DNA from: a virus
Lineage: Duplodnaviria > Caudoviricetes
Strand: one strand, 5' to 3'
Virus record (IMG/VR): IMGVR_UViG_3300017788_000030
Location: 1-57,461 of that record
Length of the DNA stretch: 57,461 nucleotides
Part shown: positions 18,907 through 29,300 of the stretch, piece by piece
Layout: the number at the start of each line of letters is the position of its first letter
How positions within the stretch are numbered: the stretch's first letter is position 1
Program-made: the position numbers and the translations under genes
The notes under the pieces: model-generated
Told to the model about the DNA's origin: nothing
Databases searched by the model: none
Seen by the model: the letters and a program-made list of their open reading frames with translations, nothing else

Positions 18907-19692
18907 ATGAAACAAACTATACTGCTTCACGATTCGCAAAGTAATTGTAGCAAAGGCATGAACAAGTTTTTGATAGAAGGCATAAACGCTATGTCTAATA
19001 CCGAGGTTTTATTTAGCAAATTTCACGGAAAACTATTTGGAACATACCAGAAGTATAAATTTTCCAGTTTAGTTTGGCATATATCAGAATATACTCAAGA
19101 ATTATATGATTTTATCAGAGACTATGATAATTCTGTAAAAATTTACTTAGTTGTTGATGGTTCTTTAGACTCCGAATTTATTTCTTATATAAACAAAACC
19201 AATATAAATGTGATTCTTAAATCTAATATAGAGAACAACTATACTAAAGTAGTATGTACTTTCGATAACTTGTATGATGATACTATTTTCTTTAATGCGA
19301 ATCTGGTTAGAAATAATAAAATAGTTGTACTGCTATCTAAAAATAACCAAAAAAACACAGAGTTGTTATCAGACATTATATATCCAAAAACAAACAGACC
19401 TATAGTATTAATGAATAATCCAGAATACCAATCAGAAGTTAATATTGGTGTTTTTAACTATCCTGATCTAGCGGATATTTTAAATACTTACGGTGGTGTT
19501 GTTGATTTGGACCAAAACTATATTCTAGAAAGCCAAGCTACAGGAATCGATCATTACGACACAATAAATAATTCTATAGTCGATGCTATAGACAATTCTA
19601 GATTAACAGAAAAAATAACAAATATACAAAATAAAACATACAAATATTTTATTGACAAGTATTTAATACCACATATTATGGGTGATAGATGA
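18907..19692 (+). CDS. hypothetical protein, possible GT-B-like fragment
   Basis: DLADILNTYGGVVDLDQNYILESQATG resembles the GT-B nucleotide-sugar helix; lies in the GT cluster. Confidence 0.45.
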   Translation: MKQTILLHDSQSNCSKGMNKFLIEGINAMSNTEVLFSKFHGKLFGTYQKYKFSSLVWHISEYTQELYDFIRDYDNSVKIYLVVDGSLDSEFISYINKTNINVILKSNIENNYTKVVCTFDNLYDDTIFFNANLVRNNKIVVLLSKNNQKNTELLSDIIYPKTNRPIVLMNNPEYQSEVNIGVFNYPDLADILNTYGGVVDLDQNYILESQATGIDHYDTINNSIVDAIDNSRLTEKITNIQNKTYKYFIDKYLIPHIMGDR

Positions 19693-20156
19693 ATATAGGA
19701 TTCTACCTACTAGATATTAATTCTAAAAATGAACACCAAACACAAATTCTTCAATTAATTAATAATCTATGCAAATTAAGACCATATGACAACATTGTTC
19801 TATTTAATAATAGATATAATAATGTGGATTTAGATCACAAGTATTATATATTACATATTAATCAAGCAAAATATTTTGATGGTATACTATTCCTATTTGA
19901 TATTAAAAGCGCATTGTTAACAAGAACTTTTCCATGTCCCAAAAAACAAGTACTGTATCTTACTTCAAATGACTGGGCAGTTAATAATAAAGCTCCATAT
20001 ATATTTTGGAGAGATCTTTTTATGAACAAAGATTTTGAAATTATAGTTTCTGACCAAAAATTATATACCGAATATGATATATGTTGGAGAAAACCAATAG
20101 CTATTATAGAACAGTATAATACGGAGGATCTTAGCAATGTTATACAAAAACTATAA
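19689..20156 (+). CDS. hypothetical protein (GT-cluster associated)
   Basis: 155-aa Rossmann-like alternation starting MNIGFYL; ATGA-coupled. Confidence 0.55.
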   Translation: MNIGFYLLDINSKNEHQTQILQLINNLCKLRPYDNIVLFNNRYNNVDLDHKYYILHINQAKYFDGILFLFDIKSALLTRTFPCPKKQVLYLTSNDWAVNNKAPYIFWRDLFMNKDFEIIVSDQKLYTEYDICWRKPIAIIEQYNTEDLSNVIQKL

Positions 20157-20928
20157 AAACTATTCCGATACAGATAAAAAACGTATTATTCACACTCTAT
20201 ATGTAGAAGAAAAAAAGAGCTTCTCCGATATTGCTGAACTACTTAATACTTATTCTAACAAAATCAGAAGAGATGCTATAAAATATAAAATCCCCATCAG
20301 AAATAAAAGCGAAGCACAATCTAATGCTATACAAACAGGTGTTCACAAACATCCAACCAAAGGAACATCCAGGTCCGAAGACACAAAAACAAAAATAGGA
20401 TTGTCGGTAATGAAATCTTGGGAAGAACTAGATGATCAAGAACTAGAAAAAAGAAAACAAACGGCTAAAGAGCTATGGGATAACTTAACAGATGATGAGA
20501 AGCAATATCGTTTAAGTTTAGCAAATAAGGCTGTTAGAGATACTAGTAAAAAGGGATCGAAACTAGAAATCTATCTGCTTAATAGACTACTATCTGACGG
20601 GATAAAAGTAGACTTTCATAAAGAACAAATGTTGTTAACCACAAAGCTACAAATAGATTTATTTTTACCAACAATGAATATTGCTATAGAAATAGATGGC
20701 CCTTCTCACTTTTTGCCAGTATGGGGTGATGATACTCTAGCAAGAAATCAAAAATATGATGATAAAAAATCTGGTCTAATTTTAGGTAAAGGACTAAAAC
20801 TTATACGAATCAAACAACTAAAAGATTTTTCAAAAAGTAGAGCAGATAAGTTATATGATCGTTTAATATCTATACTAAATAATAGTAAATCATTCGATAA
20901 CACTAAAATTCTAGAAATAGAGGACTAA
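20137..20928 (+). CDS. homing-endonuclease-like protein: HTH + NUMOD3-like + Vsr-type nuclease
   Basis: LYVEEKKSFSDIAELL HTH; KGTSRSEDTKTKIG; QIDLFLP...IAIEIDGPSHF...QKYDDKK. Confidence 0.75.
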   Translation: MLYKNYKNYSDTDKKRIIHTLYVEEKKSFSDIAELLNTYSNKIRRDAIKYKIPIRNKSEAQSNAIQTGVHKHPTKGTSRSEDTKTKIGLSVMKSWEELDDQELEKRKQTAKELWDNLTDDEKQYRLSLANKAVRDTSKKGSKLEIYLLNRLLSDGIKVDFHKEQMLLTTKLQIDLFLPTMNIAIEIDGPSHFLPVWGDDTLARNQKYDDKKSGLILGKGLKLIRIKQLKDFSKSRADKLYDRLISILNNSKSFDNTKILEIED

Positions 20929-20929
20929 T

Positions 20930-21637
20930 ATGGTTAAGGAATCCAAAGAATCTAAAGAGAATAAAGAGATCGTATTAAAATCAACCGACTTAGGATGGAC
21001 AGATCATGTGTTAGGACTATTGTCTGATGATGAAAAAATTTCAGGAAATCCAACAACAGATGGTTTGCGCAGAATATTTGAGATAGTTCTTAATTGCAGA
21101 TTATTGTTGTCAACATCCAGTGTGGTTCAGTCTCCGAGTCCGGATAACGAGAAAAGAGCCACAGTTATCCACTCTCTTACCTATCGTTTAAATCCTGAGT
21201 CTGACGACCCATATGGTATTAATACTTTGACTGTGGACGGATCTGCGGACGTTTATTGGGGTAACTGCGACAAGGTATATCGTAACCATCCTGTTGCGGT
21301 AGCAGAAACCAGAGCCGAAGGACGAGCATTAAGACGAGCATTAAGACTACGAAAAGTAGTAGCGGCAGAAGAAATATCATCAAATATCGAGGATGATCCA
21401 AATGGAGAAAATGTATCCAAGATTAGCGTTAATCAAATAAATTTCTTAGATGTTCTAGCACAAAGACTAAATGTTAATGTGACTAAACTCCTCAAACATC
21501 TTGACATAACATGTGATTCTGTTTATAATATAAAACACCATGAGGCAGTTTCTATTATACAAAATCTAAATACACTACAACAGAATACTGCTTCAATTCC
21601 AGAAAATATCAAAGGCTATGAAACAGAATGGAAGTGA
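20930..21637 (+). CDS. putative Rad52/Sak-like ssDNA-annealing protein
   Basis: VAVAETRAEGRALRRAL follows a GxAD strand, then AEE; the C-terminal ISVNQINFL module is typical of phage annealing proteins. Confidence 0.5.
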   Translation: MVKESKESKENKEIVLKSTDLGWTDHVLGLLSDDEKISGNPTTDGLRRIFEIVLNCRLLLSTSSVVQSPSPDNEKRATVIHSLTYRLNPESDDPYGINTLTVDGSADVYWGNCDKVYRNHPVAVAETRAEGRALRRALRLRKVVAAEEISSNIEDDPNGENVSKISVNQINFLDVLAQRLNVNVTKLLKHLDITCDSVYNIKHHEAVSIIQNLNTLQQNTASIPENIKGYETEWK

Positions 21638-21640
21638 CAT

Positions 21641-21964
21641 ATGAAAGTACTATATAAGGCTAATGACAAATTACAATTTGAGTTAGAAGGAAGTGGACAG
21701 AAAGAAGTTTTTAAAGAAATAGCTCTTATACAGGAAATTTTTGGAGAAACAAAATGTGGACTATGCGGAAGCACCAATCTAAGATTTATTGTGCGAAATG
21801 TAGAAGGAAATGATTACTATGAACTTAGATGTATGGATTGTGGAGCTATACTAGCTTTCGGTCAGCATAAAAAGGGTGGCACACTATTTCCGAAACGAAA
21901 AGACGACGAAGGCAATTGGTTACCTAACAATGGTTGGCACAAATGGAAAAAAGAACAAGAATAA
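21641..21964 (+). CDS. zinc-ribbon hypothetical protein
   Basis: KCGLCGS...LRCMDCG. Confidence 0.7.
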   Translation: MKVLYKANDKLQFELEGSGQKEVFKEIALIQEIFGETKCGLCGSTNLRFIVRNVEGNDYYELRCMDCGAILAFGQHKKGGTLFPKRKDDEGNWLPNNGWHKWKKEQE

Positions 21965-22911
21965 TTGACGATTTTGTAGTTTATGGTTACGAAAACGGGT
22001 TTTGGCAAAGTTTAATAATACATTGTACTGTATTATTAATAATGTCATTTTTGTTTATTGTTATAGAAAAAAGAAAACCTCCTATAGTTATACAATTATC
22101 TTCATTATCTGATGTTGTAGAGTATAATAATGCTAATACGGAAGATCTGGAACTAGAAGTTGATGTGTCACATTTTAATGTTAGCAATACTAACAATGAA
22201 ATTGATAATCAGCTAGATATAATTAGCGATGTGATATTTCAAGAGGAAGAGCCTGTCGCGGATTCGTCTGATGCTTCTGATATTGTATCAATAGAGGAAT
22301 CTTTGTTATTGGACTCTATTGATAACAAAAAATCCGATATGAACCAAATGTTTTCAGAAGCGGAGACCCCTCAAAAGATACCAAGTACAGAACCAATGGA
22401 TGATAATCCTTTAAAAAAACTTGTGTCTCAGGGCGTCTCACTAGGCCAAGGACAAGGCAAAGCGGTGTCTGCTAGAACTACTTCTGCTAGCACTTCTCCA
22501 AAATCTATAGAGGAAAAAATACAAATGTACGGAGCCGGAACAGGAGATGTGCAAATATCGTTGTCATGGTCAACTGCCGACGACATAGATTTACATGTTC
22601 AGTATATAGGATATGGTATCAACGAAGTTATTTTCTGGAGAAGGAGACTTGGTTCGTCTGGAGCTATTCTAGACATAGATATGAATGCTAGAGGACCACA
22701 AAATCGCAATCCTATTGAAAATATTTTTTGGCCATACAATAGCGCTCCTCGCGGCCGATTTATGGTGGGCGTACACTTTTTCAGAAGCTGGACCAGAAAT
22801 ACTAAAGTTCCGGTAATCATTCGTATCAAAACTCTAAAAGGTACTTATACCAAAGAGTCTGTTGCTATTCTAGGGCAGGATATACAAGTTATAGAAACTT
22901 TTACTAACTAA
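21934..22911 (+). CDS. single-pass membrane protein with acidic linker and YfaP/DUF2135-like C-terminal domain
   Basis: TM segment WQSLIIHCTVLLIMSFLFIVI; GDVQISLSW...DDIDLHV...LDIDMN...ENIFWP...GRFMVGVHFF. Confidence 0.7.
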   Translation: MAQMEKRTRIIDDFVVYGYENGFWQSLIIHCTVLLIMSFLFIVIEKRKPPIVIQLSSLSDVVEYNNANTEDLELEVDVSHFNVSNTNNEIDNQLDIISDVIFQEEEPVADSSDASDIVSIEESLLLDSIDNKKSDMNQMFSEAETPQKIPSTEPMDDNPLKKLVSQGVSLGQGQGKAVSARTTSASTSPKSIEEKIQMYGAGTGDVQISLSWSTADDIDLHVQYIGYGINEVIFWRRRLGSSGAILDIDMNARGPQNRNPIENIFWPYNSAPRGRFMVGVHFFRSWTRNTKVPVIIRIKTLKGTYTKESVAILGQDIQVIETFTN

Positions 22912-23368
22912 CGGGACCCCATTTTTGGGCTGGACAACTTGCTTGTTTATTAGCGAGTTTATTATGGTAATTTTTATCTCTAGTAATAGTACATCCACAT
23001 AAATTACATGAATTATTCTGAAAATGTTCACACATTTTACAAATATTCATTCTGTCTTTAATCTGATCTTCCGAGCATAATAAGTCTTTCGGGTCGAATG
23101 TTGGAGTAGTATGATCTTTACCCATTTTTAACATTTGATTTTCTGCTTGCTGTCTTATAAATGCTGTAGGGTCACCTACTGCCCCATGATATACTGGTGG
23201 CGCAAAGTCACTTGCCGCTAAAGAAGTTTCCATATCTTGTCTAGCAAAATGAAAACAAATAATTTTAGTTAGTGGATTTTCCAAAGCCACTTCTAGTTTA
23301 CAGTTTTTACACTTATAAATTCTTTTATTATTGTATATTTTTTTAGTATCTTCAAATTCACAAAACAT
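22904..23368 (-). CDS. Cys-rich protein (C-terminal DUF6171-like module)
   Basis: RMNICKMCEHF...CNLCGC...KLA...CPAQKW, plus N-terminal YKCKNC. Confidence 0.65.
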   Translation of the reverse strand: MFCEFEDTKKIYNNKRIYKCKNCKLEVALENPLTKIICFHFARQDMETSLAASDFAPPVYHGAVGDPTAFIRQQAENQMLKMGKDHTTPTFDPKDLLCSEDQIKDRMNICKMCEHFQNNSCNLCGCTITRDKNYHNKLANKQASCPAQKWGPVS

Positions 23369-23374
23369 AATTTA

Positions 23375-26300
23375 TTAAGTCCATATATTACCGCCTGTAG
23401 GATCCCTAAATATTCTGTTTAAAAATATAGCGCTCATAGAGCGACTTAAGGTTGACCAACATATCCAGTCCGCATAATTACAAGGTGACTGCTTGTTATC
23501 TAGCTCCGTATCATAATAACAAGTAGGAGCAGAGTCGCAAGATGTTCTTCTATAAATAGGTGGTGTTAATTTAAAAGTATTATACAATACGCTCTCTCCA
23601 CCACCCGCTGTTAATCTAGGAGGAAATCCTAGTTCTTTACAGTTACCAATACCATTTGTAGTAGCCATATATGGAACAAAAGAATTTGGATAATATTCTA
23701 CAACAACGTCATTATTAAGATTACCACCACCCGTACCCGATATTAAATGATCTTGTATAGTTTTAGCTTTTCTATAAGTATATGTGATATAAGCAATAGA
23801 TGTTGTTACCGTCCATGATCCTGTGGCATATTCATGGTAGCTAATATCCTTATATTTTGGTTGCTCTATGCTGATATCCTGAAAATTTAAAGAACAAGTA
23901 CCAGGAATAATTCCCTCTATTATATCTTCTGTTGGTATGGCTGGACTTACTTTACATGGAAATTGAGCATTATTGTATAAATTTTCCATTTTTTGCCTCC
24001 ATCCAGCCGCATTGTCAGATGCTGTCCATCCTCCATATGTTAAATGTCCTTCGCTTACTGCTCCACAGTTAAACCATAATGCTCCTCCTCCACACAAAGA
24101 CATTATAAATCCGGCAGCTCTTCCACATGGCATGAACCCTTTCCCAAAATCATCTACGCCATCAGGTTCTCTATATCCATTAACAACAACAGCATCTCCT
24201 TGTAGATCTCCATAAGATATTCGTCCTATTTCACAAACTACGGTATAATCCTGGTAGGTAAAATTAAAATCATTATTTTCTTCTTGGATTTCTATAGCAA
24301 CAGGATCCCCGCAATTACTAGCACATTCACTAGTTATATTTTCTGTAACGGTATACTTTCTTGGCATGTCTATATTTATAATAGGACAACTATTATTAGA
24401 ATTAACTCTCAAACAATATGTTTTACCAACACTGGGAATATTTACTGTAACCTTATCTTTTGTATACGATATATTTATGAACGGAATAGCGCATGTTGGA
24501 GGTGTATACGGACCATAATCTACTGTTTTTGTTCTTTTAAAAACTTTTCTTGTTGTTGTGGTTGTTGTACTAGTTGATACTTTAGTACAATTGTAAGGAT
24601 TTCCAAAAGTTGGAAGAGGTAAATAATATGCACCGGGATTAACGCACGATGTTGCTCTAGGAAGATGAAAACCGGGATTACCGATGATCGACGGACAGTC
24701 AGCCCAACAACCAGCTATATTCCCCAATATTGCTGTTACTGGACCCGGTCCTATTTCTGCGCCTAAACCCGCACTATATGTAATGCAGCTAGTGGAGGGT
24801 CTTTGAGTATGCGGAGTAAATTTAAGTCTATATAAATGTCCTTTTAATCTAAAAGTAGTAGAACACTGTTGAAATTCATAATCAAACTCTGGTCCTCCTT
24901 CAATCCCATCATAGTTATCAAAATCAATGATATTTGTACCTAGATCGCAGTTTACGCACTTGGGTTTAAATTCCGGATTCTCTTTTATAGAATCAGCATC
25001 TATGTGTCTACAATATCCATATCTAAAAGGATCATACCAATTAGATTTTCCACATGCTCTTGGAGCATATGTTATACCCGGATACCACCACCGCATATCT
25101 GTTTGCATTTGAGGACCAGGTGGACATGGATCTTGACATTCCGGCGGATCTTCTTCCATAGGTGCTTCGCCACCCATTTGAGGGGGACAATCTGAAGGTC
25201 TGACCCATGGCTCCCTCCATGGATCGCAAGCTCCTTCTCTTATACTAATATCTACATATGCCCCAACAGTAGTATCAGAAGTAGTACGAGTAGCTATTAG
25301 TGTTATACTTTCATTATCGCTAGTAGGCTGTGGATCTGAAGGAATAATATCTGGTGTTGTTACAGGATCTGGAAATATCTCGGATCCTGGCCTATATCCA
25401 GCCATTTCCGCCGCTGTAGGGCCCGATGATGTTGTAGTAGAATATTCTACCGTTATTAAACTATTTTGTATTTCTGTTCGTCTATATATTGTTTCATTAA
25501 TATTATTATTACCAACATTACCAACTAATACAACATTGCCCCCATCTACTTGTACAACGCTTAGTTGTATACTTACATTATATATATTAACACTAATAAA
25601 ATCTCCGATATTTCTTGTGCCATTAATATTTAATGTACCATTAATATTAGATCCTGGATTAATAGCACTATCATAGTTATATAAAATTTGACTATATATT
25701 TCTTTGGCTGTAATTTCTGGTTCTACAAAATTAACTAGCTCATTTTGTGTTAATATATAATTTTTCTTGAATAGTTGTTTTCTATTTATTTTTTGATTTT
25801 CGCCATATAATAATCTAAATAACATTTCATTAGCATTATCATCTAAAATATCTAATTCTGGTGATACAGAAGCATTACCTTCTGCATATTTATTATTCAA
25901 ATACTCTTGAGCATCTATATCATTTAACAATCGATAAAATGGCATTTTTGGTTTTGGAGTAGATGTTAAACAATTGTTGTCAAAAAAGACAGGATTATCT
26001 GGATCCATCATTGTTCTAATTATTGTTTTAGAAGTCCTTGGGTCCAAACCAATAAGATTAACTGTACCAGCATCATGAGTTAATTCAATTGCTAGGGTTG
26101 CTCCCATTTGTTCGTATGTGATATATTTGCTTAAAAATGTGGTATAATTTGCTTTTAATGTAATATTTCCAGCGGTTGTTATTTCACATTTTTCTGACCC
26201 ACAACCAATAGTGTTGTCAACAGGCTTGTCGATATCTGCATAAATAGTTCTGATAATAAAAGGACTTGATCTCTCTACCGAGCCTAATGTAAAACCATTA

Positions 26301-29300
26301 CTATTTATATTTGTGTTAATTAATGATGTATTATCTATAATATTAAGATTAGTTGGTCTAAAAATTTGTCTAACATCATCTCTTGAACTTTGATTATCTG
26401 TCAAAATAGTTCTAGATAAAGCATATCTGGGAGTTTGAACTTTTAGAGATTCTACCCAGTCCGCTCTAGGATTAGAAAAATTAATAGTGCTTTTGAATAC
26501 TTTTGGAATTTTAATAAAAGCCAAAGGCCCAGGAAAGTAATCTTGTAAAAACCCCGGTCTTAAACGCTGAATTTCCGCTAGTCTGTTAGTTCTTCTTAAC
26601 ATTTCTTTTTCATCTGAAACAAGCAGTATGTTGGCATCCTTACGATTTGCGAAGTGACTGTCCGCAAGTACCAAAAAATCATCATCTGTTCCTAAAGTTG
26701 GAATTATATAACCTGGAGGGAAATCTATAAAAGTATTTTTTCTATATAATGCAGACGATTGTAAAATTCCACTAGTCATAACATCGGGTATTTGTGATGA
26801 AAAATTTATTTCCATCATAGGAATATAATTTTGGTATTGATCTAATCCAACACTCCATGATCTAGAATGATCTAAATCATATTTATGATATATACAAAAG
26901 TATGGTCTCTCATCAGTTGAAAAATATCTTAAATCTACAGGTAAAGATGTACAATTTTCTCTACTTAGTTCATTAGAGTCTTTTCTGTTTATATCTAATT
27001 TAAAAATACTTGACGATAAATGATCATTAACAATTTGCTTTAAGAATAAATTATCATATATGCTTTTTGGTATTTGTTTGTACGAAACCAGATGTGGATT
27101 ATTTAGTATAGCATTATCGTATTTTACTAAATCCCCCCACTTAGTCATATATTTTTTATTAGACAGCAAAATATCTTTATCGGTAGAAATCATTCTTCCG
27201 TCGTATATAACAACTGATGATCTATTTGGTTCTACGGGCCATACTAAATCAAAATTATTATCTAGTATCTTATCTCTAAATTTAAATTCTGTATAAATTT
27301 TGATATACATATTCTCTTCTGACGATCCAAAAATAGGTTTTCCTTCTTTATCTGTAATTTGTACCATAATTTTTTTACTAACTATAATATTAGATCCTAA
27401 TACCCTAAGTAGTCTATTGCCGTTAGCATCAGTACTCATTAAGAATGGACCAGACAAAGGAGACACTCTGTATAATTCAACAGGAGTATCACATTCGGTT
27501 TCGCTGTTATAAACATATCCTGTGGAAGAAAAATTTTTGTAATCTATATCTAAATTACTATATTTGGTTAGTATACTAATATCATTTCCAACAAAAATAT
27601 AACTAGTAGTAGCTGTCACATCCGGTCCAGCATAAAAATAATATCCATTTTTTAATTTTAGAATAGAATTAGAAACTAAGTTTGATGATTGAGCCGTAGA
27701 CTCTATAAAATCATCTAAAGATATAATAGTAGAATAATCTGCTATTGTTCTTTTCTCTGGAATTCTAAAGTATGGTCTTGACCCATAGAATCTTACTACT
27801 CTAGGATCTGAGGTGATAATAGGATTCCAAAATCTATTATTATCTGGCCATTTTATATTTTGATCCCATAGATTAGCAATGTTTACTGGAAAACCGTCAA
27901 CACCTCCCACGGGCAGATCCGAATTCTCGCATTCTTCCAAGCCCGGCTGAGTATGTAATATATAATCCAAAGAAAGATTTGATTTGGGACGAGCTGGTAC
28001 AAGTAAAGGGGCGTTAATACGAGCATTAATCTCAGAAATAAGCGTTAAATAACCGTACAAGATTGTGGGATCGTTTTGTTGTATGTCTTTTACTATATAA
28101 GGATCAACTTGGCGTGTAATAGTTGGATCCTCATAATTAAATAATTTAGGACTTCCTATATAATCAATATTATTTAACCTATATCCGCCTCTGTTGCTAT
28201 AAAATGGCTGCCAAAAATATGATGTTCCCCATTCTTTATACGGTCGAAACAAAACTCTTGGTTTTCTATGAATATCAAAATTACTAATTTTTTCTAATGC
28301 ATTTAACATACCTTGATCTAATATAAACGCATATATTTTTTCTCCTGATCCAGGAACATCTAATAAACTAAAATCGTATTGTATTTTACCGTCGTTACTA
28401 ATAGATGGTTGCGGAGAAGCAGACAGTTGTTCTGGGCCAGGTCCGACTGCAGCCTGTGTCGTAGCAATACCAAAATTAGGATGATATAGTGCTTTGTTTG
28501 CCGACGTCGCTACCGGGACACCTTCCCCGATCCTGCGCCCCTGCGCACCCACGACCTCAACGCCACGACTTATTCTATATGACAAAAATTGTTTTCTTGG
28601 TTTTTGTTTGATAGTAATATTAACTTCTGATATCTCATCACCTCTGTTTCTACCTGTTCTAGTTCTAGTCTCCGGAGGAATATATCCCTTAAAAGGATCA
28701 CAAGGATCAGAATATGCTAGTACTTGTTGTGTTACATCGTCTATTATCATTCTTGGAATAGATAATCTTTCATTAGAATTACCTAACATAGCATTAATAA
28801 AAGGATTTGTGATGGTAATAACTAATGGATCCGGTATAGCAGATCCTTTTTGAAATAATATTTTTTCTTGTTGATTATAAACTGTAACATTATTAGATGT
28901 TACTTTATTTAAATATCGTTTCCAGGCCGTATTCTCAATCCATATATCGTCATCACCATCTGTTGCTACATAAATCCATTGTTGTCCCAACAAATCAGCT
29001 GGTTCATTTATAGAAATATAAATATCGCTATATCTTGTGCTAAAATTTTTAAGCGTTACATGATAATCCATAGTAGAATAATTAGTAAGCTTTATAGTTG
29101 CTGATTGTTCACACTCGTACGGATATTCCGGATCTAGCTTTCTATTAATGATCGGCAAAAAAGGAGTAGAATTAAGATCAGCCTCAGAACCAAATAATAG
29201 ACCTGCTTTGCCGGGCGTATATCCCCCATATCTTTTTAGTCTAGGACTATATCTAGTAGATAATCCTGGTACAAAAAATGGCGAAGAACTTAATTGTATA

